10,926 nt of DNA from Octopus sinensis. Its lineage: Eukaryota. The stretch covers positions 1-10,926 of the forward strand of contig NW_021827094.1 of NCBI RefSeq assembly GCF_006345805.1. Reading direction: 5' to 3'. How positions within the stretch are numbered: position 1 is the first letter of the stretch; each line of letters starts with the position of its first letter. The notes below the pieces were generated by a model. It was given only the letters and a program-made list of their open reading frames with translations. It was not told where the DNA came from and did no database searches. Shown piece after piece: positions 1 through 7,399 of this stretch. The position numbers and the translations under genes were made by a program.

Positions 1-750
1 GATTTATGATCTGACTGTGTTAGTTAACATAATGGTGGTGGTGCTGCTGGTAGCAGTGGTAGTGGTGGAGTACGATGATGGTGAAGTTGCAGGATTTTTT
101 AGTAGTAGTAATAGTAGTGGTGGTGATGGTGGTGGTGGTAGTGGTCGTAGTCGTCGTCGTGGAAGTGGTGGTACCGGAGGTCAGATTGTAATAAAATTTT
201 GGTTTTGGCAGCTCGTGGTTGAATGGTGACGCAGGTAATGAAGTCTGTTGAAGATTTGTGCTATACGTGGTGGGTGGATGTTTTTGTCGGTATATGATGT
301 AAGGATGGGTCGGTTTCTATAAACTGATGGTGGTGGTTCTGATGGTGGCAGTAGTGATGGTTGTGGTAATGGTAGTAGTGGTCATGCTATTGGGGATGGC
401 AGAGGTGGTGGCGTTGGCGGTGGCATTGGTGATGGTGGTGGTGCTTGTGATAATGGTGGTAGTGGAGGTGATAGTGGCGGTAGTTGTAGTAGTGGTAGAA
501 GGTATTTATACTGCTGGGGGTGGCGGCGGTGGTAGTGATAGTGGTAGTGGTGGTGGTGGTTGTGTTGGTGGTGGTAGTGGTAGTTGTAGTGGTAAGGGTC
601 GTCGTGCTGCTAGTGGTAGCGGTAGTGGTTGTTGTAGTGATGGTGGTGGTGGTGGTGGCGGTAGTAGTGATAGTGGTGGTGTTGATGGTTGTGGTGGTGG
701 TGGTTCTGGTAGTGGTTGTGGTGGTCATGCTATTGGGGGTGAGTTTGTGT
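1..750. repeat. Degenerate (GGT/AGT/GAT)n trinucleotide low-complexity tract
   Basis: Mostly mixed GGT/GTA/GTG triplets, strongly G+T biased. An 18-mer GTGGTCATGCTATTGGGG recurs at 378-395 and 721-738. The poly-Val/Thr/Gly ORFs are artefacts of the repeat. Confidence 0.9.
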
Positions 751-934
751 AGATTTGTAGTAGCGGAAGTTTATGGGGGATGGTGTACATATTTGAGATT
801 TTGAGGGTGATAAATTTTGTAAGAGAAATTTTGTGATAATGGTAATGACAATGATGGGGCGGGCGTTTGTAGAAATTTGAGCTGAGAGTTCGGTAGATTT
901 ATGTTTGAAGCAAGGTTTTTTCATTCGTTTTTCG

Positions 935-1188
935 AATCTTGGCACAAATCTTGGCACAAAACCAGAAATTTTGATGGGAAGTGTAAGTTGATTGTGTCGA
1001 TCCCAGTACATAACTGGTACTTATTTTATCAACCTCGAAATGATGAAAGGTAAAGATGGTGCCCGCAAAATTTGAATTCATAACGTAAAGTTGACCTCGG
1101 CGGAATATAAACTCAGAACGTAGCGACTGGCGAAATACCGCTAACCATTTTGCCCGGCGTGCTAACGATTTTACCAGCTCGCCGCCTT
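935..1188 (-). mobile_element. tRNA-derived SINE (octopus-type), with a duplicated B-box segment
   Basis: The minus strand starts AAGGCGGCGAGCTGGTAAAATCGTTAGCACGCCGGGC (A-box-like) and has a B-box-like GAGTTTATATTCC. The body GATAAAATAAGTACCAGTT..GGGATCGAC and tail TTGTGCCAA are shared with the copy at 3921-4049. Confidence 0.85.
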
Positions 1189-1332
<144 letters not shown>

Positions 1333-1625
1333 ATACGGTAATAATTATCAATACCAAAGAAATATCAACGGATGTCTATGGGCGGGGGTCTGTCAAAAAG
1401 TCACCGCTGTAACTACGAACTCATAACAAAATCAACCAAAAAAAATAAAAATAACAGAATGATGGACAGATAACCATGACTACTATGAAAAACCCACAAC
1501 ATGTGCCATAGAATATTATGTACATTATTTGCATTCGACGGATATTTGTCCTCATATTGTTTGTTCTTAACACATTTTGGCTGATACACCCTCCAGCCTT
1601 CTTCAGGTGTCTTAAGGAATTTTTG

Positions 1626-1634
1626 ATGTTGTTG

Positions 1635-1666
<32 letters not shown>
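1626..1666. repeat. (TGT)n(TAT)n microsatellite
   Basis: Direct reading. Confidence 0.95.
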
Positions 1667-2218
1667 GAGTGAGAGAGCAGTTCATGCCATCAAAGTGACA
1701 CTGGGGTAAAATATACGAAGCCCAATATACCCATCATGACTACCCGTCTGATAAAGGTACACCAGGCACATGCATCACAACCATATGTGCGCGATATGGT
1801 GATCTCATATCAAGATAAACAGCACATGACCTTGCAGGTGGGGCCCAGTTAGAATTTTCTTCAGGTTGAGTAGCCCATCCCGCTCAAACGGTCCCTAAAT
1901 AAGGGTTGTTTAAGGAGGTTGAAAGAACCACCCATGTTCGAGGTGAACTATTCAAACTCCAAAGAATCCCTCAACACATGGCTATGATGCTCCCCCACTA
2001 CTTCTGCTCGTGATCAGAGATGCACATATCGTCAGCCACTAAGGGACATGCTCAACTGGTTAAGGTCAAACACTGACAAGCAAATCTGTGGTATTGAGCA
2101 GAATATTTGCTGTAGCCCATCTTTTATACCAAGACAAAACAATGTACATGATAACACTTCCAATCAGTTAAGATCAGAAGCCATGAGAGCCACTGCCTGG
2201 TACTTCATCAGGGCATTT
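1667..2218 (-). mobile_element. Unclassified ~550-bp interspersed repeat between (ATT)n tracts; probably a non-autonomous retroposon or LINE 3' UTR
   Basis: Complex, higher-GC block with sharp edges against (ATT)n on both sides. The minus strand ends CTCTCTCACTC-(AAT)n like a retroposon tail. No credible ORF. Repeat status is from recognition as an octopus-type repeat and is unverified. Confidence 0.6.
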
Positions 2219-2244
2219 ATTATTAGATATTATTATTATTATTA

Positions 2245-2290
<46 letters not shown>

Positions 2291-2307
2291 GTTGTTGTTT
2301 TGTTGTT
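2219..2307. repeat. (ATT)n/(GTT)n microsatellite
   Basis: Direct reading. Confidence 0.95.
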
Positions 2308-2382
2308 CAGGTCACTGCTTGGAATCGAACTCGGAATTTTGGGGTTAGTAGCCCGCGCTTTTAACCACTACGCCATATGCCC
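2308..2382 (-). pseudogene. tRNA-like (Thr-like) segment with Pol III A and B boxes followed by an (AAC/AAT)n tail; not a functional tRNA
   Basis: Minus strand reads GGGCATATGGCGTAGTGGTTAAAAGCGCGGGCTACTAACCCCAAAATTCCGAGTTCGATTCCAAGCAGTGACC. A box TGGCGTAGTGG is at 2365-2375 and B box GAGTTCGATTCC at 2321-2332. Acceptor and T stems pair poorly. Confidence 0.7.
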
Positions 2383-2384
2383 GT

Positions 2385-2549
2385 GAGCTTATGGCGTGGT
2401 TGTTTTACCCCAAGACACCTGAAGAAGGCTGGAGGGTATATCAGCCGAAGCGTTGTGTTAACAACAAACAAGATGAGGACAAATATCCGTCGAATGTAAA
2501 TAATGTAAATAGTGTACATAATTCCTCATCTCTTAAATATAGAACTGTA
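2385..2549 (+). mobile_element. Penelope-like element terminal (pLTR) remnant
   Basis: Contains a minimal hammerhead. It begins with a partial inverted copy of the adjacent tRNA-like head and has a 9-bp inverted pair AGATGAGGA (2471-2479) / TCCTCATCT (2523-2531). Confidence 0.6.
2414..2459 (+). ncRNA. Minimal type I hammerhead ribozyme motif (one core substitution, A15.1>G)
   Basis: Helix I is GACAC (2414-18)/GTGTT (2455-59). Core CTGAAGA (2419-25) is followed by an extra A. Helix II is GGCTG (2427-31)/CAGCC (2442-46). GAAG at 2447-50 replaces GAAA. Helix III is loopless [A>G]CGT. Cleavage is predicted after U2454 (GUU). Confidence 0.8.
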
Positions 2550-2716
2550 TGTGCCATAGAAATTCGATACCCAAAAGAAGAACACAACCTGCATTGCACA
2601 AACAACCCACAATACAAAAAGAAAATGCAGAAAGAAATCCTCTTAGCATTTTATCCTGCTTTCTAACGGTTCTGCTAGATCGCTGCCAGGTGTTTTTTTC
2701 CTAATATTTTTTTATA

Positions 2717-3115
2717 ATAGCACAGCTAATTAATAAGATAAATCAAATTATATGAGATACAGCCCTAGTTTGTGCAACGGTAGAGAAGAGCCAATATCTC
2801 TTTTTAATATGGCTACTACGGGATAAGATCTTAGCCAAGAACTACTAGCCACATTTCATGGCATTTATTGACTTTAAGAAGACCTTTGACAACTTTCTTT
2901 GCATTATATTCCAATGATTGGTAGGAAAACTGAGTCTATATAAATGGCTTTGAAATTCCATGCACACCATGTGTTCGCATGCTGTAACGATTTTATTGTG
3001 CAAATAGGCGCCCATCAAGGCTCGGTTCTCAGCGCCCAACTGTTTATAATTTTCTTCTAAACAATAACATAGGATTAAAAAACAATCTGTCTGTGGTAAG
3101 AATTTATATGAACGC
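2717..3115 (+). mobile_element. Very old RTE-clade LINE reverse-transcriptase fragment
   Basis: My translation across stops and frameshifts: IAQLI..LYEIQP*FV..FLIWLLRDKILAKNY*PHFMAFIDFKKTFD (MAFIDFKKTFD at 2858-2890)..GKLSLYKWL..DFIVQIGAHQGSVLSAQLFII (HQGSVLS at 3013-3033)..KTICLW. This is colinear with the RTE motifs MAFVDLEKAFD and GVHQGSVLSPLLF. The YADD motif is eroded. Confidence 0.8.
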
Positions 3116-3531
3116 TGTTGCTGTTTATGCCCGGTGATTTTGAAATGGTCGAAACATCGTTCTTTCAAATGCATTTTTATCTGAAAAAGGCTGTAGCAAT
3201 CTCTATTCCACTTTCCTGAAGAGGGTTTTTATAATTCAGAAAATAGCATTTAATGCTGTTTTCCTTACAACATTATATATATTTTTGTCTGTGATATCTG
3301 CTTGCAATGGTTGCTTTTGTTAAGTATTTCCTATTCAACAGACTGGTCTGATTTGTTCTCTAGTTACACTCAACTTCATTGATGTTATTAAATAAAACTT
3401 GAAAGTTTATAATTTTTTATCCTGTTGAGTTTCTTACAAATGCTGTAACTGCTCATGATTTTGTTTTCGTTAATTAATTTGCGGCACTTAGCTTTTTTTA
3501 ACTTAATTTCTAATGCAAATTTAAAACAAGA

Positions 3532-3627
3532 ACAACAGCAGCAACAATAACAAAAATAATGATGATGATGATGATGATGATAATAATAATATAATAATAA
3601 TAATATAATAATATAATAATAATAATA
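3532..3627. repeat. Compound (CAA/CAG)(TGA)n(TAA)n microsatellite
   Basis: Direct reading. Confidence 0.93.
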
Positions 3628-3764
3628 GGCACTGCACACATCCTACGCAGAACACTTTCCATACAATAACCATCAGAGCATCACAACAAATCACAGCACA
3701 TACCCAGGCACACAGAGCTGCGCTCGGTAGTGAGTGAAAGCCACTATAAAAATAAAAACTACTG
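3628..3764 (+). mobile_element. 5'-truncated R4/Dong-clade non-LTR retrotransposon 3' end (ORF C-terminus plus 3' UTR)
   Basis: 3628-3669 encodes GTAHILRRTLSIQ*, matching the LGTAxILRxxL C-terminus of R4-clade (Dong/Rex6) ORFs. A ~95-nt UTR follows, and (TAA)n lies on both sides. Confidence 0.7.
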
Positions 3765-3807
3765 AATAATATAATAATAATAATAATAATGATAATTTTA
3801 ATAATAA
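3765..3807. repeat. (TAA)n tail/target tract
   Basis: Direct reading. Confidence 0.9.
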
Positions 3808-3920
3808 TGTGCGGAAAGACCTTGCGAGACCTCTGACAGCAGGCTGTTGTCCGCTCTCTTAGAATCTATCAGAACAAACAAAGCCGAACGTTCTGAGAAG
3901 TAAAATGATAATAATTTCAA

Positions 3921-4049
3921 ATTTTTGGCACAATGCCAGCAATTTAGGGGAACTGCAACGACCCCAATGTGCAACTGGTACTTATTTTATCAACATAAAC
4001 GGAATTTGAATTGAGTACGTAAAGACGGACGAAATGCCGCTAAGTATTC
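3921..4049 (-). mobile_element. tRNA-derived SINE fragment of the same superfamily as 935-1188, 5'-truncated and with an internal deletion
   Basis: Shares TTGGCACAA, AACTGGTACTTATTTTATCAAC and CGGAATTTGAA..ACGTAAAG with the 935-1188 copy, but lacks the segment between TCAAC and CGGAAT. Confidence 0.85.
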
Positions 4050-4079
4050 ATAATAATAATAATGATAATAATAATAATA

Positions 4080-4119
<40 letters not shown>

Positions 4120-4127
4120 GTTATTAT

Positions 4128-4184
<57 letters not shown>
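4050..4184. repeat. (TAA)n followed by (TTA)n: inverted microsatellite pair
   Basis: TAA runs to about 4119, then spacer GTTATTATGTA, then TTA to 4184. Confidence 0.95.
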
Positions 4185-4185
<1 letters not shown>

Positions 4186-4233
4186 GGCTAATAATCCTAA
4201 AGCTGATAAACCAACTAATTGCTTCTTCTCCAT

Positions 4234-4338
4234 TTCTATATATTATATTATATATATATATATATATATATAGTGGTGCTATTAAGTTAGACATGGCCTG
4301 GGCCAATACTGGCCAAAACCTTCTAAGTTATTCTAAGT

Positions 4339-4371
<33 letters not shown>

Positions 4372-4372
4372 T
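4234..4372. repeat. Two (TA)n tracts (~4234-4272 and ~4339-4372) around a short spacer with a tandem TTCTAAGTTA x2 (4321-4340)
   Basis: Direct reading. Confidence 0.9.
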
Positions 4373-4411
4373 GAGTTGAAGAATAATTTATGAGCGTTTT
4401 TTTCAAATTTA

Positions 4412-6310
4412 TCAATGATCCATACGTCTATCCTATTTTGGACAATATGCAAAGTGCCACTATCAGTGGATGCCAAATAGAAATAATGTTACAAAGCACA
4501 ATGAGTTTAAAAAGGCCTGAAATACATGCCAATCTCAACAGAGGCAAATGAAAGAGAAATGGTGGCAAAGGAAGAATTGCAAGATGCTGCGGACAGATGT
4601 AATTCTAGGTCATTCTACATGAATTTAAAGAGTGTTTTTGGATCTGTGTCTGGTGGCTCACTCCCATACTTTCAACTAAAGGTAATCTTTTGACAAATAA
4701 AAAGATCATGAAGTGCTGGGCAGAGCACTTTTCAAATGTTCTGAAAATGGACTCAATTGTTAATGACGAATTAATCATTAACCTACCACGAAGGCGTGTC
4801 TTTGAAGAACTGTCAGCTGTTACATCAAATGCTGAAATAAAAAAAAGGCCATAAAACAGCTCACGAATGGAAAGTAGCCTGGGAACGATGGCATACCAGC
4901 CGAGTTATATACATGTAGTAACAGGAGGCGCAATGGCCCAGTGGTTAGGGCAGCGGACTCGTGGTCGTAGGATCGCGGTTTCGATTCCCAGACCGGGCGT
5001 TGTGAGTGTTTATTGAGCGAAAACACCTAAAGCTCCATGAGGCTCCAGCAGGGATGGTAGTGATCCTTGCTGTACTCTTTCACCACAACTTTCTCTCACT
5101 CTTACTTCCTGTTTCTGTTGTACCTGTATTTCAAAGGGCCGGCTTTGTCACTCTCTGTGTCACGCTGAATATCCCCGAGAACTACGTTAAGAGTACACGT
5201 GTCTGTGGAATGCTCAGCCACTTACACGTTATTTTCACGCGCAGGCTGTTCCGTTGATCGGATCAACCGGAACCCTCGTCGTCGTAACCGACGGAGTGCT
5301 TCCATCCATGTAGTAACAGTCTCCTGCTGAACAAGTTATGTGAACTCTTCTCTTTAATCTGGAAATCAGGATCAGTCCCACAGAAGTTCAAAGACGCTTC
5401 TATTGTCCATCTTTATAAGCACAAAAGTAACAAATGTGAACGTGGAAATCATAGAGGTATCTCCATTTTGTGTGTAGCTGGGAAGATCCTTGAAAGGGTT
5501 ATCTCAAATAGACTAAATGATGCCCTTGCTAGTTTAACGTTGCCAGAATATCAGTGTGGATTTCGGGCTAGTAGAGGCACAATGGAAATTGTTTTTAACC
5601 TAAGGCAGCTGCAGGAAAAGGCTCATGAGCTCAACCGAAACCTTTTTGCCACTTTTGTAGATCTAACTAATGTTTTCGGCACCGCGTCTAGGAATGCTCT
5701 TTGGATTGTCCTTAGAAAGCTAGGTGTTCCAGAAAAGATGCTTAATGTTATAATTTCTTTCCATCAAGGGATGATGGCTTCTGTCAGATCTAATGGGGAA
5801 ATGTCCAATTCATTCACAATCTCAGTGGGACAAAACAAGGCTGTGTTCTTGCACCACACTTATTTGCTTTGTATTTCTCCGTCATGTTGGAAACAGCGTT
5901 CGAGGGTGTTAAAGGAGTAAAGTTTGAGTACAAAACTGGTGGTGGATTGTTCAACCAACAGCGCTTCAAAGCAAAAACTAAAACTTTGGTGCAAATAGTT
6001 CGAGATTTGCTCTTCGCAGACGATTATGCACTTGCAACAAAAATCTTGAAGACATGCAATGGATTCTAAACATCTTGCATGCATCGAAAGCCTTTGGTCA
6101 GACCATCAAGATAAAAAAAAACTGAGCTCGTCCATCAGCCCATTCGTGAACATCCTCCTGCTGATTCTCCTACTGCATATGTTGATGGGAAAGCATTAAA
6201 AACTGTTTCCTCCTTCACTTATCTTGGTTCCATCGAGTTCAGAATTGGGAAAGCTAGCTCCGTTTTCGGTAAGCTTTATCACAGGTTATGGAACAGACAC
6301 GACGTATCGT
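4412..6310 (+). mobile_element. Degenerate RTE-clade (RTE-BovB-like) LINE ORF2 fragment: linker, RT domain and start of thumb, interrupted by a SINE
   Basis: Translation across lesions: RQMKEKWWQ..EELQDAADRCNSRSFY..WAEHFSNVL..AIKQLTNGK*PGNDGIPAELY|..DASIVHLYKHK..GNHRGISILCVAGKILERVISNRL..EYQCGFRASRG..LRQLQEKAHE..TFVDLTNVF..KQGCVLAP (5833-5856)..LLFADD (FADD 6013-6024)..FTYLGSI/EFRIGKASSVFGKL. It has several frameshifts and stops and an internal deletion at 6234/6235. Both ends are truncated. Confidence 0.95.
4925..5306 (+). mobile_element. Apparently full-length tRNA(Arg-like)-derived SINE with a 13-bp target-site duplication
   Basis: A box TGGCCCAGTGG (4934-4944) and B box GTTTCGATTCC (4978-4988). 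The exact TSD CATGTAGTAACAG is at 4912-4924 and 5307-5319. There are 3' hairpins at 5249-5272 and 5279-5294 and a TCCA-repeat tail. Confidence 0.93.
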
Positions 6311-6440
6311 ACAATAAACATATGCGAAATTAAAAATATAAAATGGCGACAATTTAACCGCCGCACTGTGTATATCTTTACATATGTCAAATTGTCTCGA
6401 ATACACACACACACACACACACCACACATACATGTATATA

Positions 6441-6509
6441 TGTAATGTGAGATAATCGTTTCACTATGTATATATGATATACATAGTGAAACTATTGTCT
6501 CACATTACA
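6441..6509. repeat. 69-bp near-perfect inverted repeat (33-bp arms, 3-nt loop)
   Basis: TGTAATGTGAGATAATCGTTTCACTATGTATAT-atg-ATATACATAGTGAAACTATTGTCTCACATTACA. There are 2 differences, one of which is a G:U pair in plus-strand RNA. Confidence 0.95.
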
Positions 6510-6751
6510 ATAAAGATGTTATTGTTACACTTTTAACACGTAATACCGAAACAGTCTAAGAGATAGCGGCTGGATCGCATAATGCAAGAAGTTGAAAATT
6601 CTTTTGACCCATGACACCTCCACTGACCCTAAGTATTTTTTGTGTAAAATTTAAATGAAATCGGTAGGGTACTTCTCGAGTTTTCGTGATGTACACATAC
6701 AGACATACAGACAGACACACACACACACTCTCAGTTTTATATATATATAGA
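6477..6751 (-). mobile_element. Non-autonomous Helitron-like element, 5' portion (Lep1-like architecture)
   Basis: The minus strand begins A|TCTATATATATATAAAACTGAGAG, then (TG)n/(TCTG)n, then ..AACTCGAGAAGTAC..ACCGATTTCATTTAAATTTT. This is the 5'-TC, microsatellite, CCGATTT..AAATTT layout typical of these elements. No 3' hairpin-CTRR was found, and the left boundary is uncertain. Confidence 0.6.
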
Positions 6752-6777
6752 TAAAATTATTTAAAACTAAATCGTTA

Positions 6778-6820
6778 TCTCACGACTCGAGTTTTACGCC
6801 GCTGCAATCTTCAGACGAGA
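6778..6820 (-). ncRNA. Decayed minimal type I hammerhead ribozyme motif
   Basis: Minus strand: TCTCGT | CTGAAGA | T-TGC-agcg-GCG-T | AAAA | CTCGAG | TC | GTGAGA. Helix I has 6 bp (2 wobble), helix III is the palindrome ACTCGAGT and the triplet is GUC. C11.1-G12 reads TA and position 10.1 reads T. Confidence 0.6.
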
Positions 6821-6847
6821 ACTATAGGAACTCGGTTGAGATGTTAC

Positions 6848-6925
6848 ATTTATAATCGTTGATGTGGGCGTGGTTTCATACTTGTGTTTGTTCAAAGACT
6901 TGCGCTTTTCGCTTATTGATTGGTT
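6848..6925 (-). promoter_or_regulatory. CCAAT box, GC box and TATA box cassette (putative pLTR Pol II promoter)
   Basis: On the minus strand, in canonical order: AACCAATCA (6925-6917), CCACGCCC (6873-6866), TATAAAT (6854-6848). The TATA box is about 28 nt upstream of the hammerhead. Confidence 0.5.
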
Positions 6926-7159
6926 CTTATTTTTCTGTCGCTACATATGTTGATTATTGATGAAGGGGTGTATTTCCAATTTGTTTATTGATAATAGATT
7001 TATCTGCTAAATTATTTAAAACAGTTCTTTTGTTAGGTCTTAGTATGATTAAGGTTTAGTTTTCCTAGTATCGATTTTGCAAATATCGTTAGAGAATATT
7101 TTTTAGAGATATCTTTGATATTAACTGTCAAACTGTATTGTTTTCTTTGAGCTATATAC

Positions 7160-7252
7160 ATGTATGATATGTGTGTGTGTATATAAATATATACATATAT
7201 ACGCATGCGTCTATATAGCCACGTATAAATGTATCTTTGTGTATAATATATA
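7160..7252. repeat. Degenerate TA/TG dinucleotide tract
   Basis: Direct reading. Confidence 0.75.
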
Positions 7253-7374
7253 TACTTGTTTCAGTCATTTGACTGCGGCCATGCTGGAGCACCGCCTTTA
7301 GTCGAAAAATCGACAGCAGGACTTATTCTTTGTAAGACTAAAACTTATCATAACGGTCTCTTATGCCGAGCCGC
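7253..7374 (-). mobile_element. SINE 3' body fragment (octopus-type)
   Basis: TACTTGTTTCAGTCATTTGACTGCGGCCATGCTGGAGCACCGCCTTTAGTCGA..GGACTTATTC is the reverse complement of the body seen on the + strand at 8440-8525. Confidence 0.8.
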
Positions 7375-7399
7375 TGGTGTGTGTACTGACACAGCTTGT

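Larger units (their letters stand above)
6760..7147 (-). mobile_element. Decayed Penelope-like element 3' end (possible endonuclease C-terminus plus pLTR)
   Basis: The minus strand gives LKENN..C-K-I..LIILRPNKRTVLN..* (stop 6954-6956), weakly like the C-terminal part of PLE GIY-YIG domains. It is followed by promoter boxes and a hammerhead relic. Confidence 0.55.

Noticed and set aside
212-234. Possible 23-nt micro-exon (TTTTGGCAG|...CAG|GTAATG)
   Set aside because: The polypyrimidine tract is weak, the length is not a multiple of 3, there is no partner exon, and such signals are common by chance.
17-804. Val/Thr/Gly-rich ORFs, including a Gly-Ser-Cys-rich stretch
   Set aside because: They are translations of a degenerate GGT repeat, open in several frames on both strands, with no domain.
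2308-2382. Functional tRNA gene
   Set aside because: The acceptor and T stems are mispaired, and the segment is embedded in a repeat with a microsatellite tail.
2048-2386. 112-aa ORF; also CTGATGA and CTGAAGA on the minus strand of the 552-bp element
   Set aside because: The ORF runs through a repeat and (ATT)n. The CUGANGA words have no helix II-GAAA partner.
3128-3160. GGTCGAAACATCG, a possible fourth hammerhead
   Set aside because: There is no recognisable CUGANGA or helix II, and helix III is not palindromic.
5468-6069. ORFs of 150 and 66 aa as a functional reverse transcriptase gene
   Set aside because: They are fragments of a frameshifted, truncated, SINE-interrupted LINE.
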